DNA of 64,000 nucleotides, from assembly GCA_963833985.1 (NCBI GenBank), contig CAWIAD010000002.1:4192001-4256000 (forward strand). Reading direction: 5' to 3'. A program made the translations under genes and the position numbers. The first letter of the stretch is position 1, and each line of letters begins with the position of its first letter. Shown here one piece after another: positions 10,887-21,066 of this stretch. This stretch comes from an uncultured Planctomycetaceae bacterium (GTDB taxonomy: Bacteria; Planctomycetota; Planctomycetia; Isosphaerales; Isosphaeraceae). The notes under the pieces are model-generated. The model did no database searches. It had not been told where the DNA came from and saw nothing but the letters and a program-made list of their open reading frames with translations.

Positions 10887-12419
10887 TCAGCTCGGAGCCG
10901 GGGCCACGGCGAGAAATGTCGGACTGTAGAGAGGCGAGACGACCTGCGCCAGCGTCGGCCTGGAAACGGAGTTGAGCGGTTGGTAAGTCTGACCCTGGCG
11001 CTCCGCGAGCCAGCGCCGCCAGGTTTCGGGCTCGGGTCCGTTCGACACCCCGCTCGCCTGGGTCAAGACCTGGACCACCCGTTCGTTGAGGCCGTCGATC
11101 GAGCGGTTGATCTCGTCCACGGCTGCCTTGTCCGACGCGATCTGCTGGTCGGTCAGTGCCCTGGCCAGCCGGGACTGTGCGGCATTGTACTGCTGGGCCT
11201 CCTGGCGGCTGGTGATCCCGGGCATGTAGAAGCTGCCAAAGCAGGAGGCCGCTTCTTGCTGAACCGGCGACGGGTAGAGCAATTGATAGTTCGCCTGTTG
11301 ACCCTCGATGAAGAGCACGCGCGCCCGACCGCCGGAGGCATCGGCAATTTCCTGCACCTGGTACTGCAAGCGATGGTTCAAAAGGGGAACGAGCTTGTCG
11401 ATGAACTCATCCGGATTGCGGCTGGTCAGCGCCTGCGTGGCCACGAAGCGCGCCTTCTCGTCGAAGCTGTAGACGGCGATGGCGGCAAGCATCTGGGAGG
11501 CTGGCCTGGTCTTGATGTGGTCGAGCACGCCGGCCAGCAGCCGATGGTGTTTGTGGTGGCCGGAGAAGACGCTCCAGAGCGTGGGGACGGCCAGGGGATC
11601 GGTCACGGACTCGACCCGGGTGGCCGCATCGAACGCCTTCTTCGCGGCACCGCGTCCATTCTGGGCGTCGATCTGCTTGTGAGCGATGGTCAGCTCGTGC
11701 GACCAGTATTCCCTGGCCTTCTTCTGGAGCACCTCCTCGGCGAGCCTGGCATCCACGGCCGACTCCCCCGGACGGGACCGGTAGCCCAGGCGCCTGCGGG
11801 CCGTCTCGTCACGCGGATCAAAGCGGATGACCGACTCCCAGTGGGTCCTGGCCTGGTCCCAGAGACCGTGGGCATCGCACCACGAAGCCAGTTGCTTCTG
11901 ATCTCCTGCCCTGTCTCGCGCCTCAGCCCGCCGGCTCTCATACGCCGCCAGCGCAGCCGCCTGGAAATGGCCGCCAGGCGTCAGACCCTCGCCCGCATCT
12001 CGCGCACTTTCCCGGCCGGCGCCGGACTGTTTGCTCTCAGGTGAGACGGCGGAACCGTCTTGCCGTGCGCCAAGCCCGGGTGAGCCGTCTGCCTGGGTCT
12101 CGGTTTCCGCGGCGATGATCTCGACCCCATGCTCCGAGTCAGAGTCAGCGCCGGCGCCGGCGCCAGACGCGGCGTTCTTTACCGGCTGGTGGTTCCTGGA
12201 CCGAGCGGAGGATTGAGAACGATCACGAGCCGCGGCTCGCCGGGTTTCCAGGGAGGGACTGGCCGATCGCGTGCTGGTCGCGGACCGGAACCCCGGCTTG
12301 TCACCGTTTGCGGCTGAAGGAGGCAAGACGCGAAAGACAATGGCCAGGATCGAGCCGTTGACGACAACTGCCAGAAGCAGGATGCTCAGCGAGCGTAAAC
12401 CGCGGTTTCGAGCAACCAT
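10887..12419 (-). CDS. Membrane-anchored planctomycete hypothetical protein (resembles Hint-domain-associated proteins but has no Hint domain)
   Basis: N-terminal TM helix, low-complexity linker, LASWCDAHGL..AR.HW..V..DP.DETARRRLGY, HEAT-like middle, WRRWLAERQGQTY..RPT C-terminus. Confidence 0.7.
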   Translation of the reverse strand: MVARNRGLRSLSILLLAVVVNGSILAIVFRVLPPSAANGDKPGFRSATSTRSASPSLETRRAAARDRSQSSARSRNHQPVKNAASGAGAGADSDSEHGVEIIAAETETQADGSPGLGARQDGSAVSPESKQSGAGRESARDAGEGLTPGGHFQAAALAAYESRRAEARDRAGDQKQLASWCDAHGLWDQARTHWESVIRFDPRDETARRRLGYRSRPGESAVDARLAEEVLQKKAREYWSHELTIAHKQIDAQNGRGAAKKAFDAATRVESVTDPLAVPTLWSVFSGHHKHHRLLAGVLDHIKTRPASQMLAAIAVYSFDEKARFVATQALTSRNPDEFIDKLVPLLNHRLQYQVQEIADASGGRARVLFIEGQQANYQLLYPSPVQQEAASCFGSFYMPGITSRQEAQQYNAAQSRLARALTDQQIASDKAAVDEINRSIDGLNERVVQVLTQASGVSNGPEPETWRRWLAERQGQTYQPLNSVSRPTLAQVVSPLYSPTFLAVAPAPS

Positions 12420-12603
12420 GGTCAGCGTTCCTGGAAAGCATGACGTCGAACTGATGACTGAACCCGGTACAACGGCCTGAACCCCGCCGCGCGTTCCTGG
12501 AGAGATGCATCACGCCGTCTATGCTAGCGGCCAGCCTCGGATGAGGGAAGTGGCTGAAAGTTCGACTGGAACCGCTGGAACCGCTGCCACCGGGGGCCCG
12601 TAC

Positions 12604-13083
12604 ATGTCCATCTACGTCGATGCAGACGCTTGCCCCGTCAAGGACGAGATCTATCGCGTTGCCCGCCGCTATGGCATCAAGGTCTTCGTCGTCTCGAACT
12701 CACCGATGCGCGTGCCTCAGGAGGCCATCATCGAGTTCGTAGGCGTGAGCGGCGGATTCGATGTCGCGGATGACTGGATCGCCGCACGCGCGGCGACGGG
12801 AGACATCGTGGTCACTTCCGACATACCGCTCGCGGGCCGCTGCCTGGAGCGTGGAGCACGAGTCCTGGGGCCGGGGGGCTGGGAGTTCACGGAAGACGCC
12901 ATTGGCGATGCGCTGGCGACGCGGGCCTTGCTGGAGATGCTCCGCCAGTCTGGAGATTTTCGCGGCGGACCTTCCCCGTTCGCCAGATCGGATCGTTCGC
13001 GTTTCCTCTCAAAGCTCGATGAACTGGTGCACGCGGCCCGGCGCGATGCACAGCGCCCGGGTGGGAATTCGCCAGTGAGATGA
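12604..13083 (+). CDS. yaiI: YaiI/YqxD family protein (DUF188)
   Basis: IYVDADACPVKDEI, DVADDWI, GDIVVTSDIPLA, F..SDRSRFLSKLD. Confidence 0.9.
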   Translation: MSIYVDADACPVKDEIYRVARRYGIKVFVVSNSPMRVPQEAIIEFVGVSGGFDVADDWIAARAATGDIVVTSDIPLAGRCLERGARVLGPGGWEFTEDAIGDALATRALLEMLRQSGDFRGGPSPFARSDRSRFLSKLDELVHAARRDAQRPGGNSPVR

Positions 13084-13135
13084 CCGGCCGCGATGTACGG
13101 AAGCCGGGCCACCGGGCGCGAACCGTCCGGAACGT

Positions 13136-13340
13136 TCAATTCGCGGCCACGACGCGGCCGCCGAGGAGTATTTCCTCCAGGCGTCTTGCCTGTGCGGAGC
13201 TGATCGATCCTGCCGCTCGTCAGGTCATTCACTTCCTTGCGACACCGGTCGACCACTTGCCCCTTACCTGGAAAATCGGCGTGCCGGAAGACCAGCTCGG
13301 CCGCCTCCAGAAGGCGCTGGAAGTCATGACGATCTCTCAT
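13136..13340 (-). CDS. Small hypothetical protein (~67 aa, one probable frameshift near 13205)
   Basis: MRDRHDFQRLLEAAELVFRHADFPGKGQVVDRCRKEV... continues in another frame as ISSAQARRLEEILLGGRVVAAN*. Confidence 0.45.
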
Positions 13341-13629
13341 CGGAGGCCTGCTTCCATGAACCATTTGTTGGATGTTTTGTTGCACCCCTGCATGTAATAT
13401 ACGCAAGATTGAGTTCCGTGACCAGGGTTTCGGTTTCAGTCGGCCAATTGAATCGTAAATCGCGCGGCGATCGCAGGAGCATCCGTCGCCACGGCAGGGC
13501 TGGGGCTTCAGTCGCACACCATTGCGCTTTAGAGTGATCGAAATGAGCGACGAGGCCCGTGGCTCCCCTCTGCCCTGGCGGGCAGTTTGCACGATGATGC
13601 GCAGGAACCCATGCCGGAGGTCTTCCACA

Positions 13630-15063
13630 ATGATCACGAATCGCAAGCTCGCAGGCGGTCGAATGGCGGTCCTGGTGCTGTGCCTGATGCCTCTACCGGT
13701 CGCCTCCCGGACCAGTTCAGCCCATGCTGGCGAGGTCGTCCGCTGGCAAGCCCCGGTGGGGGAAGTGCTGTCGGCGGCGTACCGGGTGACGGTGAACGGG
13801 ACCGCGGTGCCCGTGTACGTGGCCCGCAGCGTTCACGGAGGCGATTACGCGTTCGCCACGTTCGACTTCACCGGGTCGGTCGAGGTCGCTGTCAGCGCGG
13901 GAACGGGCGGCAGCCTGAGCCATGCGGTCATCCGGCCCCGATCGGCTCGAATCACCAGCCGGAACGAGGATGATACGCTCCGATTCACCCTGGACGCGCC
14001 ACGCAAGCTTTCCATCGAGCCTGACGGAATCCAGAATCCCTTGCTCATCTTCGCCAACCATCCCGAGCAAAACCCGCCGCGGCCGGGGGATCGCAACGTG
14101 ATCTATTTCGGGCCGGGAATCCACAGGCCGGAGCGGATCGAGCTGAAATCAGGCCAGACCCTCTATCTCGCGGGCGGGGCGGTGGTGAAAGGTGCGGTCG
14201 TGGCACGCGGAGCGGATCACATCCGTATTTGCGGCCGGGGCATCCTTGATGGTACGGACTGGCCATGGCTGCACGGACCCGCCGGCCAGATGCTCGGCTT
14301 GCAGGATTCGAGCGACGTCACGATCGAGGACATTGTCATCCGCGGGTCATTTGCGTGGACCGTTGTCCCGATGCGCTGCCAGCGCGTCGCCATCCGAAAC
14401 ATCAAGATCGTCAACAGCCGGGTGCAGAACGACGATGGAATCAACCCTTGCAACTCGCAGGATGTACTCATCGAAGATTGCTTCGTGCGCACGGACGACG
14501 ATTGCGTGGCGCTCAAGGGCTTGAAAGAGCTGAACCGCGGCAATGCTCCCGTGCGCGGGATCAGCGTGCGCCGCTGCATTTTCTGGTGTGACCGTGCGCG
14601 GATCTTCCTGTTCGCGCATGAATCGCAGGCACCCGCCATCGAGGACCTCACCTATCGTGATTGCGACATCATCCATTATCAGATGACGCCCTTCCTGCTG
14701 GAGCCGGGCGAGCTCATGCCCATCCGCAACGCGCGGTTTGAGGACGTGAGGATCGCGGGCGACGGCCAGCCAGATTTCATCACGCTGCGGCCGACCGTGA
14801 ACGAATACATGCACGTCCGGAAACCAGGCTCGATCCAGGGCATCGTCTTCAAGGACATCGTTCTGGATGGCGGCAAGGCCGGCCCGGCGCGCGTCATCGT
14901 GCAGGGCGCCGGTGCAGATCATCGCGTGCAGGATGTGCTCTTCGACAACGTGGTCCGCTACGGTGCAAGGCTGGACGCTCATTCCCCGAACCTGACCATC
15001 GGCCCTGACACCAGCGGCATCCGTTTTGCCGGCGGGCGGGGGAACGTCCCACAGCGCCCGTAG
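13630..15063 (+). CDS. Secreted parallel beta-helix glycoside hydrolase (GH28-like)
   Basis: Signal peptide; IYFGPGIH, LYLAGGAVV, ICGRGILDG, NDDGINP, RTDDDCVALK. Confidence 0.8.
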   Translation: MITNRKLAGGRMAVLVLCLMPLPVASRTSSAHAGEVVRWQAPVGEVLSAAYRVTVNGTAVPVYVARSVHGGDYAFATFDFTGSVEVAVSAGTGGSLSHAVIRPRSARITSRNEDDTLRFTLDAPRKLSIEPDGIQNPLLIFANHPEQNPPRPGDRNVIYFGPGIHRPERIELKSGQTLYLAGGAVVKGAVVARGADHIRICGRGILDGTDWPWLHGPAGQMLGLQDSSDVTIEDIVIRGSFAWTVVPMRCQRVAIRNIKIVNSRVQNDDGINPCNSQDVLIEDCFVRTDDDCVALKGLKELNRGNAPVRGISVRRCIFWCDRARIFLFAHESQAPAIEDLTYRDCDIIHYQMTPFLLEPGELMPIRNARFEDVRIAGDGQPDFITLRPTVNEYMHVRKPGSIQGIVFKDIVLDGGKAGPARVIVQGAGADHRVQDVLFDNVVRYGARLDAHSPNLTIGPDTSGIRFAGGRGNVPQRP

Positions 15064-15073
15064 TCAACCACCC

Positions 15074-15104
15074 GCAGGGTGGGTCAGCGCAGCGCAACCC
15101 ACCG
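15074..15104 (+). repeat. GTAG-family REP variant
   Basis: GCAGGGTGGGTCAGCGCAGCGCAACCCACCG just after the stop codon of the glycoside hydrolase gene. Confidence 0.7.
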
Positions 15105-15494
15105 TCTGGTAGAGCATTGCGTGCGCTCCCGTCCGCGACACCTGGGAAGATCTCGCATGGACCATCGGCCGATTTGACAGAGGCCGCCGGCACAGCGCCG
15201 GCTGGTTCGGCTCACGATGGGAACGGCGAGCGAATGCAAGGCTCTCCGCCGTTCGCCATGTTTCTCGACCCGGGAATGAACGCCCTGACCACCTCTTGCC
15301 TCGATTTGACGGCATGATCGCACTCCCCTTAGAATCAGCTCGGCCTGTGCAGGGCGGCGCACGCCTGGGCGAACTCTTCTTTCGCATACCCGCGTACCGG
15401 GATGGCTCGAGTGCCCGGGCCGGGCCAGGCCAGTGCAGCCCAGCGAGCGCAGCAGGCTTTCCCACCTGATTGATGGCCCCGAGCGAGAGACGGA

Positions 15495-16562
15495 ATGACA
15501 CTTCCCACGTATCAGGTGACCGAGTTACTCGGCGATGGGATCGGTGCGGAGCTGTCCAGGGCGATCCATCGCCTGGCTGACGCTCTGCCCGTCAAGCTCG
15601 ATTTTCGCCCGGTCGATTTTTGCCTGGAAAATCGTCGCGCCCGCTCCAGAACCATCTACGATGAGGCCGTCGAGGCGGTCACGGCGTCCAGGGTCGCTCT
15701 CAAGTATCCCACGACCACCGCCGAGGAGAGTCCCAATGCCATTCTCCGCCGCCGGCTTGACCTGTCGGTGATCCACCGGCCGGTGTACACCATCCCGGGC
15801 GTGCCCACGAATTTCCTGCGCGAGCTGGACCTGGACATCGTGCGGATTGCCACCGGGGGAACTTATGACGACCCGGGACGGATGATCGGCGATGACGGGG
15901 CCGTGAGCCTGAGGATCGTCGAGCGGCAGCCCGTGATGGAGGCCGCGCGCTACGCGTTCAACCTGGCCCGCAAGACCGGCAAGCGGGTCACCAGTTCATC
16001 CAAGTACACGATCCAGAAGGCGACGGACGGCCTGTTCGAGCGTATCACCACCGAGGTGGCCCGGTCTTTCCCGGAGGTGGCACACGCGACGGAGCTGTTC
16101 GATGCACTGCTCGGAAAGGTGATCATGTCGCCGGAGCGGTTCCAGATCGTGCTGGTGCTCAACGAGTACGGCGACTTTCTCTCAGACATGGCGTGCGGGC
16201 TGGCGGGCTCGCTGGGCATTGGCGCCAGCGCGAACCTGGGGTTCGATGCCGCGGCCGTGGTGCGCGTGGCCCTCTTCGACGCGGCCCACGGCACTGCGCC
16301 GGACATCGCGGGCAAGAACCTGGCGAACCCGACGGCCATCTTTCTGGCCCTGGCCCTGCTGCTGTACCAGCTTGGCGAGATTGCCGTGGGACGCGCCGTC
16401 AAGACCGCCACGCTGGATCTGCTGCGCGAGGGAGTGCGCACGCGTGACCTGGGCGGCACGGAATCCACCGAGAGTTTCACCGCGGCGGTGGCTACCGAGG
16501 TGGCGCGGCGGACGGCTGCCCCGACGGGCACAAAGGCAAGCCCGCTCCAGTCTGCCCCTTGA
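15495..16562 (+). CDS. Isocitrate/isopropylmalate dehydrogenase family protein
   Basis: GDGIGAEL, SPNAILRRRLDL, NEYGDFLSD, GSLGIGASAN, HGTAPDIAGKNLANP, TRDLGG. Confidence 0.9.
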   Translation: MTLPTYQVTELLGDGIGAELSRAIHRLADALPVKLDFRPVDFCLENRRARSRTIYDEAVEAVTASRVALKYPTTTAEESPNAILRRRLDLSVIHRPVYTIPGVPTNFLRELDLDIVRIATGGTYDDPGRMIGDDGAVSLRIVERQPVMEAARYAFNLARKTGKRVTSSSKYTIQKATDGLFERITTEVARSFPEVAHATELFDALLGKVIMSPERFQIVLVLNEYGDFLSDMACGLAGSLGIGASANLGFDAAAVVRVALFDAAHGTAPDIAGKNLANPTAIFLALALLLYQLGEIAVGRAVKTATLDLLREGVRTRDLGGTESTESFTAAVATEVARRTAAPTGTKASPLQSAP

Positions 16563-16664
16563 CCTGGCGGGCCGCAGGCCGTGTAATCATACCTTCTCGA
16601 TTCGGAGGGTCCGGTGTATGACACACCGCGGCCATCCGATTTGCCCGTGGGAATGCCCCCTGCC

Positions 16665-19325
16665 ATGTCCTCAGGAGAAAGTCCCCAGGACCGACCACGC
16701 CGCCGTGGTCCGTCGACCAGCCAGGTGCTGGTTGTGACGAGCGTGATGTTCACGTTCATCTCGTACTGGCGAACCGCCGCCATCGTGCTCTGCGACATTG
16801 CCAGTACCGTCTATTACATCGGCGGGATTGTCGAGTCGCAGATCGGCAAGGCGGCACCCTGGTTCATTCTCGCGGTGATGCTCTTCAGCTACGCGGTGCG
16901 CAGCGTGTACATCGAAAGCTGCGCCATGTTCGTCCGGGGGGGCGTCTACCGGGTTGTCAAGGAGGCCATGGGAGGAACGCTGGCCAAGCTCTCGGTCTCG
17001 GCTCTCCTGTTTGACTACATCCTGACCGGCCCGATCAGCGGGGTGTCGGCCGGCCAGTACATCATCGGCTGGCTCGTCGACTTCTTCCATCTCGGAAACG
17101 AAAGCTTCCTTTACACCAACCAGAACCTGCTGGCCGCGGGCATCGCCGTGCTGATCACGGCTTACTTCTGGAGGGTGAACCTCAAGGGGATCCACGAGTC
17201 GAGCGACCAGGCCATGCGCATCATGGGCGCCACGACCATCATGGCCGCGGTCATGATCGTCTGGTGCCTGGCCACCCTGGCGGTGCACCCGGAGAAGCTG
17301 GTCGCGCCACCCCTGGCACCGAACCTCGAGCGCAAGGTGGACCCGATCACGCAGGAGCCGATGCTCGACCCGCTGGGCAAGCAGGTGGATCCGCTCGGGT
17401 TCCTGGGACACAGCTCCCTGGCCGAGCCCCTGCGGGCCGCTCCCAGCACCGCCAGCTGGTGGAGCTGGCTGGGCGTGCTGGGCTTGTTGATCGCGTTTGG
17501 CCATTCGGTCCTGGCGATGAGCGGCGAGGAAACCCTGGCGCAGGTCTACCGCGAGGTCGAGAGTCCCAAGCTCAAGAACTTCAAGCGCGCGGCGTTCGTC
17601 GTGTTTGTCTACAGCATGCTGCTCACCTCCCTGATCAGCTTTCTGGCCGTGATGCTCATACCCGATGAACTGCGCGTCACCAAGTACAGCGGCAACCTGA
17701 TGGGCGGACTGGCGATGAATGTCATCGGCCCGCGCTGGATGCTGCTGGGCCTGAACGCGTTCGTGGTCTTCGTGGGGTTCCTCATCCTCTCGGGGGCGGT
17801 GAACACGTCGATCGTGGGCTCCAACGGCGTGCTCAACCGGGTCTCCGAGGACGGCGTCCTCCCCGACTGGTTCCTGAAACCGCACCCCAGGTACGGCACG
17901 ACCTACCGCCTCATCAACACCGTCGCCGGCCTTCAGATCTTCACGATCATCGCCAGCCGGGGCAACGTGCTCACGCTCGGTGAAGCCTACGCCTTCGGAG
18001 TTGTCTGGAGCTTCGTGTTCAAGGCGCTGTCCATGCTGGTGCTGCGCTTCAAGCAGCCCGGACACCGCGAGTACGAGGTGCCGCTCAACATCCGGATCGG
18101 CAAGTTTCATGTACCCATTGGCATCAGCCTGATCTTCCTGGTGCTCGCGGGCGCTGCACTGGCCAACCTCCTGACCAAGGAAGTGGCGACCGTGACCGGG
18201 GCCGTGTTCACGGCGATCCTGTTCTGCGTCTTCTATTTCAGCGAGCTGGCGCACCACAGGCGGAGGGGGACCAGCGAGCACATCGAGCATCTCGAGCAGT
18301 TCAACCAGGCGTTTTCCGAGCAGATCACGCCCCATAGCCTGGGCCTGACGCGGCCGTATCGCAAGCTGGTGGCCATCCGTTCGCCTTACAACCTCGGCAT
18401 GCTGGAGAAGTGCCTGAACGAGACCGATCCCGACACCACCGAGGTCGTGGTCATGACAGCCACGGTCCTGCCGCCTGCGAGCGCCGATTACGAGCCGACG
18501 ATCAGCGACGAGGACCGCCATCTCCTGACGGCAGTGGTCAGCCTGGCCGAGCACGCGGGCAAACCCGTCCGGCCGGTGATCGTGCCGACCAACGAGCCGT
18601 TTTACGCCCTGGCCCAGACGGCTCGAAACCTAGGAGTGCAGGAGCTGATCATGGGCCCTTCCAACAAGTACCGGCCGGAGGACCAGCTCGACGCGGTGGC
18701 CCTGTACTGGCTGAACGTCTGCGGGGCGAAGCCGGAACCGCTATCGATCCGCGTGCTGGGCAAGGATCGCGACGTGCGGCTGGACATCGCCGGCGGCAGC
18801 CAGATCCCCAAGCCGGGCGCGGCCGCGGTCGAGACTGCCGGACTGCTCGCCGACCTGCGCAAGAGCTGGCACGGCGTGGAACGCCTGCTTCTGGCCTACG
18901 ACGGGAGCCCGCTCTCGGCCGATTTCCTCGATACCGTCATGAGCTTCCTTGACCCTGCCATTCATGTCACGCTCATCGACGTGGCCGAGGACGAGCACGA
19001 TGACGAGGCACCGGCGGACCCCGTCGTCGAGGCGAGCTCGGTGATCGAGCGCGGGGTCGAACGGGCACGCGAGCTCGGCCGCAACGTCAGCTACAAGGTG
19101 GTACGCGGACAGCCCGGGCCCGAGATCGTCCGCGCGGCGGTCGATGGCAAGTTCGACGCCATCTTCATGAGCCTGCGCGGAGTCTACCGTCGCGGAGACA
19201 CCTCGGCTTTCGCCTCGAATACGCGTTACGTGCTGGAGAACGCCCCCTGCCGCGTGATCCTGGGCTTCGCGCCGAAATCCATCCCATCGCAACCGTCGAG
19301 CAACGGAACGAACCACGGCGCGTGA
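16665..19325 (+). CDS. APC-family permease with C-terminal universal-stress-protein-like domains
   Basis: About 12 TM helices, GGVYRVVKE, DYILTGPIS, AMSGEETLAQ; C-terminal LLLAYDGS and GQPGPEIV..FDAIFM...VLENAPCRV; start uncertain (16614-16665). Confidence 0.85.
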   Translation: MSSGESPQDRPRRRGPSTSQVLVVTSVMFTFISYWRTAAIVLCDIASTVYYIGGIVESQIGKAAPWFILAVMLFSYAVRSVYIESCAMFVRGGVYRVVKEAMGGTLAKLSVSALLFDYILTGPISGVSAGQYIIGWLVDFFHLGNESFLYTNQNLLAAGIAVLITAYFWRVNLKGIHESSDQAMRIMGATTIMAAVMIVWCLATLAVHPEKLVAPPLAPNLERKVDPITQEPMLDPLGKQVDPLGFLGHSSLAEPLRAAPSTASWWSWLGVLGLLIAFGHSVLAMSGEETLAQVYREVESPKLKNFKRAAFVVFVYSMLLTSLISFLAVMLIPDELRVTKYSGNLMGGLAMNVIGPRWMLLGLNAFVVFVGFLILSGAVNTSIVGSNGVLNRVSEDGVLPDWFLKPHPRYGTTYRLINTVAGLQIFTIIASRGNVLTLGEAYAFGVVWSFVFKALSMLVLRFKQPGHREYEVPLNIRIGKFHVPIGISLIFLVLAGAALANLLTKEVATVTGAVFTAILFCVFYFSELAHHRRRGTSEHIEHLEQFNQAFSEQITPHSLGLTRPYRKLVAIRSPYNLGMLEKCLNETDPDTTEVVVMTATVLPPASADYEPTISDEDRHLLTAVVSLAEHAGKPVRPVIVPTNEPFYALAQTARNLGVQELIMGPSNKYRPEDQLDAVALYWLNVCGAKPEPLSIRVLGKDRDVRLDIAGGSQIPKPGAAAVETAGLLADLRKSWHGVERLLLAYDGSPLSADFLDTVMSFLDPAIHVTLIDVAEDEHDDEAPADPVVEASSVIERGVERARELGRNVSYKVVRGQPGPEIVRAAVDGKFDAIFMSLRGVYRRGDTSAFASNTRYVLENAPCRVILGFAPKSIPSQPSSNGTNHGA

Positions 19326-19391
19326 GGGATTGGCTCGGCCGAGAGACAGGCACGTCCCCTGCCTTCCCCAACCATGCCGGGCACGGAATCC

Positions 19392-20904
19392 TCACTGGGG
19401 ACCCGGCGGCTGGCGCCTGGAGGCCCCGTTGCCGCCCTGCGGTGCGACGGACTGCCCTGCGTCTTGTCGCTGCTGCGACGCGGTGAGCAACATCCTGGGC
19501 TCGAGCCCCACGAGCTCACCGGCCTTCAGGCCGGACCGGATCACCGTGACCGTGTCGGTCGTTGCTCCGGGCACCACGGTATGCCACTCGAAGCTGCCAT
19601 CGGCCCTCTGGATGGCCAGCCTGCTGGCGCCGTCGAAGTGAACGATCGCCGCGTTCGGCACCGCGAGCACGTTTTCGAGGTCGGCAGCGTGGATCACGCC
19701 GTGCGTCGTCATTCCCGGCCGCAGCGCCGGGGTCTCCTGCTCAAAACGCACCCTGGTGGCGTAGACCTTGTTATCCCAGGCAGCCATGGAGCTGGCATCG
19801 GGAAGCGGGGCCACAGACTCCACCAGGCCGGTAAGAGTCAGCTCCGGAAGCGCGTCGGGCCGGATCGTGACCGCCTGCCCCGCCCTCACGAGGTCGACTT
19901 TCGACTCGGCTACCTTCAGGCTCACTTGCATCGGTCCGTGTTTGTCGACCACCGAGGCGATCTTCTGCCGCTCGCGAACCAGGGCTCCTTCTTCGATCTG
20001 GCTGGACTGCCTGCCCCCCGGCCGGCGCATCGAATCGTTGGCATAGACCACCGACCCAAAGCGCGGCGCCACGATCTGACAGGCCTCGATCTGCTTCTTG
20101 AGACGCGTGGTCTTGTTCTGCTCCAGCATCCAGGCTTCTTTCCGGGCCGTCTCCTCGGTGGCCCTGTGCCCGGCCTCAAGCTTCAGCGCCTTGGTCGTCT
20201 TGTCCCGGGTGTATTTTTCGAGCACGTTGAGCTTCGCCCTGGCCAGCTCGAGCGACTTCTTCTCGTGTTGCAGGCGCTCTTCGGCATCTTCCAGCCGGTC
20301 AACGATGTCCAGTTCGGCCACGATGTCGGCGGGTGTCCGGGCCGCGCCCTGCGCCACCTCGGTCATCCGCTGCCTGGTTCGCTGGGTGCGCTGGAGGCGA
20401 TCCTCCGCTTTCTGAATGGCCGCCTCCGCGCCGGCAATCTCGCTCTTCAGTGTGAACACCTCTTGTTTATAAATTCCTTCGACATACTCCGAGACCGCGA
20501 TCTCCGCCACCTCACGTGAGAGCCTCGCATTGAGGTAGGCAGCGCCGGCGCTGCTCGGAGATCTCCTGATTCGTGAGCCGATCACGCAGGGCTGAGCTGT
20601 CGAGCTGGCATACCAGGTCTCCCTGCTTCACGACCCGGCCTTCGGGAACCAGCGAGATGATGGTGGTCTGCCCCTCCACCGTGCAGTACAGCGGGGCGAC
20701 GCGCACCGCTTCGATCGAACCCCGCGCCTCGATGTCGATCTTGACCTTTCCGCGTTTGGCCTCGTGCACCGGCATCCGGGCAGCCGGCACCTGCGTGCCC
20801 GCGCCCTGCCCGTCCCCGGCAGCCCCGGCCGAGCGCATCTCCAGAAACGGCCCGGCGGCAGAAGCGAGGCAGAGAACCACGATGTGCTTTCGAGCGACTG
20901 CCAT
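19392..20904 (-). CDS. Efflux RND/ABC periplasmic adaptor (HlyD family; frameshift near 20550)
   Basis: Signal peptide; VEGQTTIISLVPEG..VKQGDLVCQLDSS (lipoyl half), coiled coil, IVAPRFGSVVY, LRPGMT, VLAVP, GLKAGELV. Confidence 0.85.
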
Positions 20905-21066
20905 GGCTGCAACCTCCCCGCGGAAGGCTCAGGGGCAGACACCGGTGCCGTCCACGCCGGCCGTAGCTCCCGGCCTCCGCTCTCATGAAAGTAGCGTTGT
21001 CGCGGCCGGGAGCGTCAGGCGAAAACAGCCGTCGGTCCCGGTTTGATGGACCGCAAGATCCGGCCG

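Noticed and set aside
10884..10892. TGA after Ser as a selenocysteine codon
   Set aside because: A second in-frame TGA follows after two codons and there is no continuing domain
16671..18554. Long antisense ORFs (also 28248..30083, 31174..33150, 44187..45623, 61174..62889)
   Set aside because: They are shadow ORFs typical of high-GC codon usage opposite well-supported genes and show no recognisable motifs
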